Shown here in pieces: positions 53,401-64,000 of a stretch of 64,000 nucleotides of DNA. The stretch is taken from positions 1,093 through 65,092 of the forward strand of contig LWCA01000061.1 of assembly GCA_001642005.1 (NCBI GenBank), given 5' to 3'. The notes under the pieces were generated by a model, which was given only the letters and a program-made list of their open reading frames with translations, had not been told where the DNA came from and searched no databases. Numbering within the stretch: position 1 is the stretch's first letter; the number at the start of each line of letters is the position of its first letter. The position numbers and the translations under genes were made by a program. Source of the DNA: Intoshia linei. Taxonomy: Eukaryota > Animalia > Orthonectida.

Positions 53401-56400
53401 TGTTGTGCACTGAGATATGAGCTATTGTGCAGCTAAATAAACACAATTGTGCAATTAGATGCTAGTGTGCATCCACATATGGAGTATTATCCGCATGTGG
53501 ATGCACAATAGTGTCAATTTAGTTGCACCATAGCGTTTATTGAGTTGCACAATAGTACGTATCTCAGTGCACAACTCTGTATAGAAAACAGATAATCCCA
53601 GAAAATTTAAAAACATAAGTTATTACTAATAAATTATTAGTCAGTATGCTCCGATACAGAAATTAAGATAAATAAAAAATTTAAATCGCAAGAATTTACA
53701 TCTTTATGGTGAAAACCCCAAGATAACTCCTTTTTTAAGTCCTGGAATTAAATACACATTTTTTTTTAAATTGTAGGATGCTTATATTTACTTTTTCATT
53801 TTTAATTCTATAATCCAACAATTGAAAAATATTGGTTGATAATATATTAAAAATTATTTTTCACCGGGAATGCGTAGATTTCTCGTTTAAAATTTTGTAT
53901 TTATCAACTACAACAGTGCTTCTCAAACTTTTTTGAGCGTTCACCCCCAATAAAACAAATATTATGACATGTCATAATTGTGTAAGAATACACAATTTGC
54001 ACTTATAAATGTACTGAATTAATTAAATTTGAGTACACATGACGTCTTCATGTGATCACATCATTTTAAATTTTCATTGTTTGTTTTAGGAATCATATAT
54101 AATGCATGGTTTTTTCAATATTTTCATGAGAGTAAACATGTTTAAATCTACGTTGTAGATACAATTGTAGATGACCAACTTTAAAAAAATAATTGATTTA
54201 AAAATTTGGTTAAACTGAATGTATTTTCATAAAGAGTTAAGTCAATTTTGTACACAAAACATCTAAATTTGGTTTTTCAAAAAAATATTGGTAAAATAGG
54301 ATTATTTCCTTAAGGGTTGGTAAAATTGGGATTTTTCTTTTGGGATCTGATAGAGGGATTTTTTATCTATAAGTTTGATAAAATTGGATTTTTCAAAAAA
54401 TATTGGTAAAAAGAGTTTTTTTCCTTAGGGGTTGGTAAAACTTTGGTTTTTCACATATTTGACTAAATTGAAAAAAATATGTTAAAAATTTATCATTCCC
54501 CCTTATTCACCCCTTAGGGTGCACAGTCACCCCCCATGAGAAGCACTGAACTAGAATAAGCTGAATCAGAATAATATTTTTTTTAATTGTACGACCGTTA
54601 ATTATTTCAATTTTTTTGTATTAATAAAATAGTTTCCAAGTAAAAAAAAATGACTATTAAAGTGCTTTTTTGACCATGAAGGCGTCACTTAATTAAATTG
54701 AAATTTTTTGAGTGGGTCAACTGAATATAACTATATCGTAGCTTATTTTTTTTAAATTCTAGGGTTATTTTCATTTTTAAAAAAAAGGGTAATCTGGGTT
54801 TTAGACTGTGAAAATTACTTTTTTTGAAGTTACCATTTATGATAATGCTTATGAAATTTAAAAACCATACCAGAAGTTATGTTGTATAAAATTATAAGAC
54901 TTTGGTAATTTTTACAAAAAAGGGTAATTTGTAGTTTTGGCCGTGAAGGTATAAGATTTTGAAATTGCAAATTATCATAATATTCATCAATTAAAAACTT
55001 TTTATAATTCTAGGACTGGTTTAAATTTAAAAACAAAGGATAATTGTGGTTTTTAACCTGAAAGGACTCAATTTCTAAAATTGAAATTTGCAATAAAATA
55101 TGACTGGAAAAACTAATATAAGAATATAGAATTTGTAAAACCCAACTCCCCATACTTTCTGAAATAAATAAACAAATAAAGACATACATTTTTAACCATT
55201 TTACATTATATAAGTACGGATTATCAAAAATAATAATATAATATGTAATATCGCTCAAAAATATGTTTTAGTTTTTTAAAAATTTTTATATTGCTGGTAC
55301 GAGTGTCAGCATTTAATCCAGCCCTGTTAATGGTTGTTGTAGTAGGGAAGTTATAGTTCACTTTAATATTAAACTTCCTTTTAGTACATGTATTTTATCT
55401 ATAATTTAATAATGTTAGATTCGGACATTAAATCTACAAGATTCCTTCAGATCTAATAACCTATCTATTATATTACCACTACAATAGTTCTAGAATTTAA
55501 AAACTAAATTTAAAACAGTAATAATAAACTTAAATTAACAATAATACGACTAACAACTCTAAAAAGAATGCATACAAACTATCACAGCCAAGCACAAGAC
55601 CACCTGAAAATAAAAAATGGACCCAAAAAATTTTTTTGTAAATAATCACATTGTCTTTGTTAAATCAATTTCCTTGCCAGTATATTCATTGTACAATAAT
55701 TCTCTTAAATCAGACAAAGCTGTATTAAATTTGGTGATGGCAAATGTATCAAAAAGGGCTTCGCAATAATTCAAGATGAATGGTAAAAGATTTCCGTCTT
55801 TACATTCAATCTAAATTTGATTATGTATTAATATGTCAATATAAATTTAATAGAATTTAAATAAATTGAATCAAATGCACTAAAAACAAATTCCCATTTT
55901 AATATCGATGGGGATTAAATTTGAGTCTTGTTTCGTTTAATTGATATCAAAATTAGTTACGCAGTGTTACCAAAATTTTTTGTAAAATAACTCAAAAATC
56001 TACTCTTTTTCCCTCTAAAAAAGGAGAAAGAAAAGAGGCAAAAGGCCTATGATATTAACTTTGACTAACCTAATTTTAACTTTTTACTAAAAACTATCTT
56101 GAAATTATTTAGTTTTAATTTCATCAACTTGACCAAAAAAACGAAAAATCAAACCTTGACATCCTGTGTCTTATTTTCAATAGACCAACATTTCTCCAAG
56201 TTTAATTTTATTGCATTGTGCTTGTGTTCAATAAGAGTAATGTTGTTATGAATATAAATGGACTGATTACACGCATTTCTGAATGTGGTGATAAGTTTTT
56301 CGTTTCTGACGGTGTTTTTCTCTGCTATCAACTAAAAGTAATGATTAATTTTTGAAATGAAATGAGAATCGTTAGTCATGTAACAGATTAACTTATATAG

Positions 56401-57961
56401 AGTAATCAATGTACAATCTAAAAATGTGCCAATTTAGGTAAAACATGTGTCATCTCATTAACTTGTGTTTAGATAACTTAAAAACGAAAATTCTGAGTCA
56501 ATATTGTACGGTGCATAAATTAAGATATATTTCACTTTTAGAAATGTTCATTTTCATTGACCAAAAAAATCTAAAGTACCTCTTTTTTAGAAATAGTCTG
56601 TACTGAAAAAAACTTAAATTTTAAGTTTTTTATATCTAATGCAGTCTTATAAATTTTATTATCTGAAATTTGCATCTTCACGACCAAAACCCAGATTACA
56701 GATTTTTTAAAAAATATAAAGTAACAAGTCGTAGAAATTAAATAAAAATCAAATCCATTTTCCAGGTATTTGCAGTTAACATACAAAAAAATGTAAATAT
56801 CAGAATGTTACGCCTTACCGGTTAAGAAAAGGAATTGACTATTAACTCCGTTTTACATTACTGTACCAATTGTATTTATAAATTATTTCATTACCAAATA
56901 TTTCAGTATCAATAATATTTCATTTTATCATTCCACGCAATTTTTTATTTTCAAAAATTTTCAGAAATTATACACTTCAATCAAGTTTATTTAATTCTAA
57001 ACTTTGATAGTTTTGAAAATAAGAAATTGCGTAGAAATGATAAAAAAACCGAAGAAATTAATTTATGAGATTGAAAATAATATTTCTGTATTTCAAATAT
57101 CTATACATTCATTTCCACTTTTTTTTAAATTGTAGAATGAATATTTAAATTTTCATTTTTACATTTGTTAATTCAAAAATTTGAAAAATATTGGTTGATA
57201 ATATATTAAAAGTTATTTTTCACCGGGAAAACGCAGATTTCTGGGGTTGAAATTTTGAATCTATATCAACTGGAATAAGCTGTACCAGAAGAATATTTTT
57301 TTAAATTTTAAGACCATTATTTATTTTAAATTTTTAGTTAATTTAAAATACTTGTATACTTGTAGTTACCAAATAAAATAAATATAAATACCAACGCGCT
57401 TTTTTGACCGTGAAGGTGCCACTTTGTCAGATTGAATTTTTTTGTGTGTTAACTGGATATAACTGCAATTTTTTTAACAATTCTAATTTTAAAAAAGAGG
57501 TAATTTGTGATTTTTACGATAAATGTGTAAGTTTCAGCGGTTGAGATTTACGACAATGTTAATGCTTTTAATCTGTATCCCAGAATTTATGTTTTTAAAA
57601 TCCCAAGGCTGATTTTATTTTTAAAAAAAGTGGAAATTAAGTTTTTGATCCAGAAGTACTCAATTTCCGAAAATGAAAAGTGGATTACAACATCACTCTC
57701 GAAAATTATGTGACTAATCGGCTTTAAATACGACCAATAATTTTTTAAATAAACACACACACACTTAGTGACTCAGATATTCAATTTCATATCTGATAAA
57801 TGCATAATGTATAATTATAATACAATTAAAATTTGAATTTAAATTGAAATTCATTATTTCAAATTAATAAATATACATAAACTAATAATTGCCTCATTTT
57901 CATAATTATTATTGCCAATATAATCAGTTTTGCAAATAATTCTTTCGTCTGTAGTCTTCAT
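29495..57961 (-). CDS. EPG5: EPG5 (ectopic P-granules 5) autophagosome-lysosome tether, highly diverged, many exons; first exon tentative
   Basis: Motifs occur colinearly with EPG5 as I recall it: CWSIENKTQDVK|IECKDGN (56331-56155, 55810-55650); YHLLRLP and WVEMDEDG...DDMINLLNQFDF (52906-51547); SFCYWLQEERFLDSNMYTLPLPSQYNGDLL (~44320-44207); LYSFWSKY (~34190); LWESIITFYEPWI...YLPW (~34030-33940); ILADVDWISI (~32130). Stop at 29495-29497. Not every junction was resolved. Confidence 0.85.
36208..39015 (+). pseudogene. Degenerate Ty3/gypsy LTR-retrotransposon coding fragments (gag, RNase H, integrase, RT, second RNase H), antisense within EPG5 intron 35868-39493
   Basis: gag-like NPLLERIKLRRTYRNDNETLFDFICRLR (~36350). 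RNase H YSVMQKELYAI...ITDH...IQYRPGKENVADDALSR (36680-37000). Integrase zinc finger HESPLYAHPG...CSLC, plus IDIMGPL and TDQGTQF (37250-37800). RT KKDGHKRLVQDYRKLN...LDLTSGFYQI...MPQGL...YMDD (38100-38580). Second RNase H CDASASGIGAVLLQ...ADFLSR (38670-39010). Many stops and frameshifts. Confidence 0.92.
40122..44072 (-). mobile_element. Composite Helitron (subfamily A) filling an EPG5 intron, carrying hAT and MULE fragments
   Basis: 5' A|TCCTAACTTATATAAAAGGCTATGCG at 44072; body at 44072-43580 and 42470-41900; 3' hairpin + CTAG|T at 40122. Whether both ends belong to one element is inference. Confidence 0.65.
43140..43410 (+). pseudogene. Mutator/MULE transposase C-terminal fragment (SWIM zinc finger + AT-hook)
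   Basis: STCTCRFFLKNFKCKHLILVAMHL (CxCx7CxH), followed after a frameshift by RGRPK. Confidence 0.8.
44709..44999. mobile_element. hAT (Charlie-type) MITE, 291 bp
   Basis: TIRs CAGTGCTTTCCAACC / GGTTGGAAAGCATTG; perfect 8-bp TSD GAGTAGTG. Confidence 0.92.
48600..48745 (+). pseudogene. Short hAT-like (hATm-type) transposase C-terminal remnant
   Basis: VHPLNLALTNEVAERGIHRVQ resembles the L.VVND.AERG(V/I) motif. Short and degraded. Confidence 0.45.
49119..49996. mobile_element. piggyBac-type MITE (outer) inserted in a Helitron 5' fragment (49046-~50165)
   Basis: TTAA|CCCTTAAACACC ... GGTGTCTAAGGG|GTAA. Helitron B sequence resumes immediately afterwards (GAAAGTAAGAGGAGTCGAG, compare 17820). Confidence 0.8.
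49552..49960. mobile_element. piggyBac-type MITE (inner, 409 bp)
   Basis: TTAA|CCCTTACGAGAC ... GTCTCGTAAGGG|TTAA: perfect 12-bp TIR and TTAA TSD. Confidence 0.92.
52978..53272. mobile_element. hAT MITE, 295 bp
   Basis: CAGTG...CACTG termini; perfect 8-bp TSD GTCTATGG. Confidence 0.88.
53398..53579. mobile_element. Foldback (fully palindromic) Tc1/mariner-type MITE, 182 bp
   Basis: TA|CAGTGTTGTGCACTGAGATA ... TATCTCAGTGCACAACTCTG|TA. The arms pair all the way to a ~6-nt loop (GTATTA). Confidence 0.88.
53750..55220 (-). mobile_element. Helitron subfamily B copy split by a hAT MITE
   Basis: 5' A|TCCGTACTTATATAATGTAAAATGGTTAAAAATG at 55220; colinear with the 17762 copy on both sides of 53914-54548. 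Confidence 0.8.
53914..54548. mobile_element. hAT (Charlie-type) MITE, 635 bp
   Basis: Perfect 12-bp TIR CAGTGCTTCTCA/TGAGAAGCACTG; TSD AACTACAA/AACTAGAA. Confidence 0.9.
57000..57765 (-). mobile_element. Diverged Helitron family copy
   Basis: Shares ATTGGTTGATAATATATTAAAA.TTATTTTTCACCGGGAA and TTTTGACCGTGAAGG blocks and the (CA)n tract at ~57753. Ends are approximate. Confidence 0.7.
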
Positions 57962-58951
57962 TTAATTTTATATTTTAGAGATTAAAAATTATCATTTATA
58001 TCAAATGAAGCTATAGCAGTATAAAAATGTTTACACAATGATAAATAAATATTTTACCTTTAACACAGTTTTCATAATTTTATTTTACATATATTGTATT
58101 ATCTTTGTTTGAGATTAAATTTGTTTTCAGTTATAGAAAAATTGGAGCAATATTTTATTAATTAAAATATTAGTATTTTATAATGATTTATAAAGTAATG
58201 ATTCACCGAACTGAAGAGAACGCCATTGCACTTGGATACATTTCAGTTTATAATGACATTTTCCGTAAATAAACTTTTCAATTTATTAATTTCAATCACA
58301 ATTTATTTCAAAAATAGAAATTGACCTGAATATCTTTGGTTACACGGTTATTAAGGAAATTATACAATTATAACAACACTAATCATAATTAAACTATAAT
58401 TACATAGTATGTAATACATACTATGTATATTAGTGTGCTTCAAAAAAAAGAAAATTTTTAAAATTGAGAAAGAACATTTGATATTTTGATAAGGGTGGTA
58501 AATAATGATTGGCAAAAAAATTAATTCGATTCGATTAATTTTACTTTGGCACCCGAGTTATTATTTGACAAATATTAATTAAAACAATAATCCAATGGGT
58601 GACAAAGGCAAAGATTCATTTTATGAAAAAGTGAATTAAAAATAATAGTCGTATCGATTCGAAAAACGGAGGTTTTTTAACATAATATGTAATTTTTTAT
58701 ATATTTTAAAATTTGGACCAAAATTAAAATAAAATGATTTATAAATAAAAGAGCAAGTGTTTCATAATTTTAATTTATATGTAGTGTACCAGTTATTTGT
58801 TTAGTTGTTATAGCGTAGTTGTATAGTTTTCATAGAGTGAGCGAGTTGTCGATATTTAAAAATTTAAGAATGAGGAAATTATACAAATAAAATAAATCCA
58901 ATTCTACATTCTTACTTATATGATACAGTATCGGTAAAAAGGCTTGGACCC

Positions 58952-59264
58952 TCTGTGGTGAAAAATGTTATGCCTATCAAAATTTTATATCTATCAAATA
59001 GAAGATCAATATAGAAACAGCATTACACTAACAAAACAAGGTAATTGAGCACTGTTTAATTAATGATGAATGTATTTTAAGCCAGATTAATTGTAGGTTA
59101 AATAACAGCGTGCAAAATGCACGAAATAGTGTATTATAAGACAAAATTAATTTAGGTTACATTTCATCTTGAAAAATTATACTATACTATTTTAGTCAAA
59201 AATATTAACTAAAATTAAATCGCTAGGTATAAACTTTTGATAGGCATAACATTTTTCGCGACGG
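58952..59264. repeat. ~42-bp inverted repeat pair (TIR element remnant)
   Basis: TCTGTGGTGAAAAATGTTATGCCTATCAAAATTTTATATCTA pairs with TAGGTATAAACTTTTGATAGGCATAACATTTTTCGCGACGGA. Confidence 0.75.
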
Positions 59265-59269
59265 ATTGA

Positions 59270-59900
59270 TGTTATTGAAAAATTTTCGAACTACCAAAAA
59301 AAAATTTTTTTACACATAATTCACTTTTAACTGGTCATAAAAAAAGCCCTTAAAAATTATACCGTACACTATTAGCGCTTCAACGCAAGATTTTTAAATT
59401 TTATCAGTTTATGAAGAATAGATATTTAAAAAATATTATAATAAATAATTCCTGAAAATTAAAAATTGATTTTGTTTATAAAAATCAATAAGAAACGAAT
59501 TTTACAATAAAAGAGTTAATTTAGTTCTAAATTAAATTAAGCTATGTGTAAGAAAAGATAGAATTCCTGAAGATTACATTTTTAAACAATTGACAAGATT
59601 AGTTTTTATTGAAAATTTAAATCAGAGTTTAAGTTTAAAAGTTTGACACTAATTTTTAAAAATTTACAAAATAAACTCAAATTTCTTTTCGGTGTACCGG
59701 TTAAGAACTACTGCTTAACAGGAATATGAGAATATATTTAAACATGTACTATTTATCAAAGACTGATAAAATTTCAAAATTTTGCGTTGAAGCGCTAATA
59801 GTGTACGGTATAATTTTTAAGGGCTTTTTTTATGACCAGTTAAAAGTGAATTATGTGTAAAAAAATTTTTTTTTGGTAGGTCGAAAATTTTTGAATAACA
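59270..59900. mobile_element. Long-TIR foldback element (~150-bp arms, ~330-bp spacer)
   Basis: 59270-59421 is the reverse complement of 59749-59900, with a long identical core (CACATAATTCACTTTTAACTGGTCATAAAAAAAGCCCTTAAAAATTATACCGTACACTATTAGCGCTTCAACGCAA). Confidence 0.88.
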
Positions 59901-59909
59901 CTAATGTTA

Positions 59910-60080
59910 GCAATAATTTTTGGTGGTGAAATATCCCTAAAAAAACCTAGAGCATCGTCAAAGGCCAGATGGGTGTCTCATATAATTTATTGTGCTAAAT
60001 CGTTTATATTGGATATTAATAAATCCACGAAACAAAATGTTTCCTAATATGGGTGTTTTATGGATATTTAACATTTTGGC
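59910..60080 (+). pseudogene. hATm-like transposase fragment
   Basis: IFGGEISLKKPRASSKARWVSHIIYCAKSFIL resembles the KPGA.H.ARWM.KAIY block. TTAGGGTGTCAC and TTAGTGTGCTTC hATm-like termini lie at ~60132 and ~58430. Confidence 0.55.
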
Positions 60081-62039
60081 TAAGGGCATCTGATACACAG
60101 CAAATTAGGATCAATGGTATGGCCATGGTCATTAGGGTGTCACAATTTTAGAATTTAATGGGCGATTAGTAATCCCGGATTTAATTTAAGGAGTGGTTCC
60201 GAAACTTGTTTCAGGTGGAACCATCATATCACATTATTTTTTACTTTAAAGTGATTTATTCCATCTTAATTTTTTTTAGTTAAAATTTGCGTAAAGAATT
60301 TTAAAAATAATTGTTATCCCATTGTTTTAATTTATTAAACAGAATGTGTCTATAATATTAAAAATAAAATAAAAATAGTCCAATCCTAAAAATTGTCATA
60401 AATAGCATAAATTCAAAAAAAAAATAAAATTATAAAAACCTATTTTGTCAGTTTCAATGTGATAATATATATTCAGTACTAACTTAATAAATACTTAAAA
60501 ATACCAATTATGTATTATAATTAATTAATGTAAATAATATAATTAAATGTCTACTAATAAAAAATTTTGAATGCGTATAAAATTTATATGAGTGTTGCCG
60601 TTTTAAAAATTTAAACTTTTAAATTTTTGCAACAACGTGAATTTATTTTATAAGTATAATAAAAATGTGCCCTCGGCACAGCTAGGTGCTATTTGTACGT
60701 AGTACATAACAGTCAACCTACTATTATATAATCAGCATCATTCTTGAAAAAATAAATTAGATATTGGAAATATTAAATTCTACGACTCTTAGTTTTTTGA
60801 ATTTTTAAACTAGCAAAACTCACATAAATTTTATACGGATTCAAAATTTTTTATTAGTAGACATTTAATCATAATAATTTGAGCAAGTAGTATTATAAAA
60901 TGCTATGTATCTATTAATTATTTTGGAAATTGTTCAATTTATAATATGTGGAATTTGCATTTGGATATATATTAGTATGTACATATTATTATTTATATAT
61001 TATAGTGTATATTTAGTTAAATATGTTTAATTAACACAATGATGTGAATAACTAAAAATTTTTCACGTTTTAGTTTAAATGATTGTTATATGCATATTTG
61101 AATCCTATACTAAACTATATGACTTTCAAAGTATCATATATGTATATGAGTACAAAATATGTACTTACAATCAATATTAAACTCATTAAAATCAAACTTA
61201 CAATATGTTAATATTAAAATCTAAGTAATGGATAACACATTTTTTCAGAATTTTTTCATTTTAGGCTAAAATTGAGCTCATTTTTAGAAGCAAAATTAAT
61301 TTACAGTAGTACAATTTTATTATAACTTTTAAAAAAGTGGCCAATTATATGAATTTCGTATTAATTAGTATAGCCATTTTTCTAGCGTCTACCGCAGGAG
61401 TCATTTTAAGTTTTTATAATGAAAAATTTTTAACAGTAAATTTGAATTTGTAGTTGTCAAAAATCGTGTTATATTATCTTTGGAAATTTAAATTCAATGT
61501 AATTTGTACAAAAATTAATTGACTTATTGAAATTTCAGCAATATGTATAATGTATGTAAAGTTAATTTAATTCGAATTCTAATAAAGATTTGATATATAA
61601 ATTAACTTTAAATTATTGATTTTCAATTTTTTTATGATCTTATCCAGAGCCGAGCCTACAAATCTCGAGACCGTCCAATAATGAAAAATAGACCATTAAA
61701 AAAGTTTTCTCAAGAGTGGAGAGGGTTAAATAGCCCTATCCATCCATCAAATGCTCTTGATTTGCCATTTTAAATTAACGCACAAAATGGCATTCATTAT
61801 AATTTATAATTAACCCATTTTCTCCCAATGTGACTATATGGTCACTAGATATATGACTAATTCAAAAAATAATTAATTGTAAATACCTGTATGTTGGAAC
61901 AATGAGAAAATATATATGAAATAGTGTAGTCATTTCAAAATTCGTTGAAACTCAAAAAGACATACGCAATAATTGAAAAGCTTTATTTTATAAATAAAAT
62001 ATATAGTTATAACTCAATTGTCGCAATAAATTTGTAATT

Positions 62040-62690
62040 CAACTATATATCACTCCTATAGGAATCCCATAATTCTGTCATCACCTTTATGCTTTGCTCG
62101 GCAACAATATTTGTTCTAGGAACTTTAATAATGGGAGGTTCGAAATTGCAATGATTTAAAAAACACTTTTTTGCTTTAGGGTACTTTTCTAGTGCAATCT
62201 TCATACCACGTTGAAGAATTTTTTCAAAATACTAGTTATGAAACCACAATGAAGACTATTGATGAGATATAAAAGAGCACAACAATCTAAAGTCATTATT
62301 TTAGTGGCATTCAAAAATACAAAAATATGCAATCACGCATATATTGCAAGAGAGTTCCACCTAGCTATAGAAATTGACGGCAATTTATGCCATATAATTT
62401 TTGGAAAACAATTGTATCTTTCGAAAAATTCAAAATCCTTTGCTAATTCATATAGAAACTTGAAATCTGCTCTTCATGTCGAATTTTCTCTGTCAACTAT
62501 CTTTGTTGCCGTAAATTTATAATTTTTTACAAGATTTCCATAATTAGAAGTTACATCTGCTAGGAATTTGTGATTTAAATTAGGGGAACTACTTGGACAT
62601 CCTGATACATGATCTATAGAGTGTTTCAAAATGCGATCCAAGATATGATGTTGACACATAACATATTGGGATTTATCCAGAAAACGATTA
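62040..62690 (-). pseudogene. hAT-superfamily (hATm-like) transposase C-terminal half, disrupted
   Basis: QYVMCQHHILDRILKH (CxxH), RADFKFLYEL, KLPSISIARWNS, VPRTNIVAEQSIKVM; stops and frameshifts. Confidence 0.7.
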
Positions 62691-63400
62691 AAAAATTGTT
62701 CACAACATTTTTGAACAATTTCCAAGCACGTAATTCAATTTCTGTCATAGAACTATCAAATCTTTCACATTTAAAAATTTTATTTATTGGTGGTCCGGTA
62801 AAAATTGCATTTAATATTTTTGCATCGGATATATGAGGAAACAAATGTTTTATCACATGATCTACTGTAGGAGAATTTGGAGGGTTTCTTTGAATTTTAC
62901 AAATAAATTGTCTAGCAAGTCCAAGTTTAATATGGAGTGGAGGAGGGATGATGTTTTTTGATGGAATAAGAATAGGAAGATTGACATTATACTTACCAAT
63001 AATATTTTTATTTTTAGTTGGCCAAACTGGAGTTTAATAATGATGGATTGTACTCGTCGCATCAAAAAGATAAAATATACATGGATATTTTGTCTTTCCA
63101 CCTTGTAACCTCATAATAATGTTAACAAGTTTAAAGTCACACGATACTTTCCATTCATTTAAATTGTAATTAATTGATCATAACAAAATTTTTATATCTC
63201 TGTAATTTTCTTTAAGTAATGTAAAGTAGGAAATGGGAATTAGTGGATAAATATGTAATGAATGAATATGTACCGCCTTTAAGCTATTCATTGAACCGTC
63301 ATTGAACCAATTGAAATCTACCAATTTCTTTTGACGTATGTAATATTCATAGGATCCATTAACGGTTTAACATTATTACAAAAAATTAATGTATAAATGT
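62690..63400 (-). pseudogene. Chapaev3-like (CMC superfamily) transposase fragment
   Basis: One frame with two stops: DGSMNSLKAV...KENYRDIKILL*SINY...WKVSCDFKLV...LQGGKTKYPCIF...PPLHIKLGLARQF...FPHISDAKILNAIFTGP...AWKLFKNVVNNFL. Confidence 0.8.
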
Positions 63401-63419
63401 ATTAAATATTATATATAAA

Positions 63420-63620
63420 CTAGCTTGGCAGTTTTGTACTACGTACAAACAGCACCTAGCTCTGCCGAGGGCACTCTTTTATTATACCAAAAAAATAAAT
63501 TCACGTTAAAAATTCTATTATTAACTATCATCAATCCTTTGTTTTGTTAATATTTGCGTATAGAATTTAAAAACATTTATCCCATTTTTTTAATTTATTA
63601 GACAGAATGTGTGTATAATA
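63420..63620 (-). mobile_element. Helitron 3' end
   Basis: The minus strand reads GAGCTAGGTGCTGTTTGTACGTAGTACAAAACTGCCAAGCTAG|T. Other family 3' ends are at ~39478 and ~60721; related variants at ~31558 and ~45693. Confidence 0.8.
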
Positions 63621-63639
63621 TTAAAAATAAAGTAAAAAC

Positions 63640-63945
63640 AGTCCAATCCTAAAAATTGTCATAAATAGCATAAATTCCAAAAAAATAAAATTAGTCCAAT
63701 ACTAAAAATTGTCATAAAGGTGTGAGTTTTGGAAATTGAAATTTATATTATTATATGTAAAAATTGTCATAAATAGCATAAATTCCAGAAAAAATAAAAT
63801 TAAGAAACCTATTTTGTCATTTTCAATGTGATGACATATATTCAGTATCAATTTAATAAATAAATCCTAAAAATTGTCATAAATAGCATAAATTCCAGAA
63901 AAAATAAAATTATAAACCATTTTGTCATTTTTAATGTGATGACTA
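63640..63945. repeat. Local tandem duplications of a ~45-120-bp unit
   Basis: AAAATTGTCATAAATAGCATAAATTCCA(G)AAAAAATAAAATTA recurs at ~63651, 63760 and 63869 (partial at 63705), and once at ~60389. Confidence 0.8.
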
Positions 63946-64000
63946 AAGTCGACAAATGCAATTTTTTATGGCACTAAAAAATTTCTAGCACTAAAGTTAC

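Noticed and set aside
55010-56786. ORFs 55010-55258 and 56571-56786, and similar hydrophobic ORFs at 2556, 24293, 27230 and 39107
   Set aside because: They lie in Helitron/MITE or low-complexity AT-rich sequence and are F/I/K/L/N-biased with no domain signal.
1-64000. tRNA, rRNA, snRNA or an autonomous Helitron RepHel gene
   Set aside because: None recognisable by eye; tRNAscan-SE and Infernal would be needed to exclude diverged RNAs.

Overview
Very AT-rich eukaryotic (animal) genomic DNA with spliceosomal GT-AG introns of two size classes: tiny (32-45 nt) and transposon-filled (1.5-4 kb). The style recalls a reduced invertebrate parasite genome such as the orthonectid Intoshia, but that is unconfirmed inference. 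Splicing exons by hand gives five recognisable host genes. (1) An LCAT/lysosomal phospholipase A2-family lipase (-, 5027 to beyond the left edge), absent from the ORF track. (2) An SLC46-type MFS transporter (+, 6724-10430). (3) A 14-exon, ~1833-aa Notch receptor (-, 26041-13826). (4) COQ4 (+, 27004-29490). (5) An EPG5-like autophagy tether spread over ~28 kb (-, ~57961-29495). Two further unidentified coding candidates are present. The Notch is strongly remodelled: ~23 EGF repeats, only one LNR, no S1 furin loop, a RAM motif with W replaced by Y, and only 2 O-fucose consensus sites. Convergent genes abut or overlap at their stop codons, with polyA hexamers overlapping the stops. Long introns and intergenic DNA are dominated by a non-autonomous Helitron family (5'-TC...hairpin-CTAG-3', internal ~132-bp degenerate repeat). 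These are accompanied by nested hAT, Tc1/mariner/pogo, piggyBac, MULE, Chapaev3-like and Ty3/gypsy remnants and several foldback elements. No tRNA, rRNA or CRISPR was found. All family assignments are from motif recognition, not database searches.
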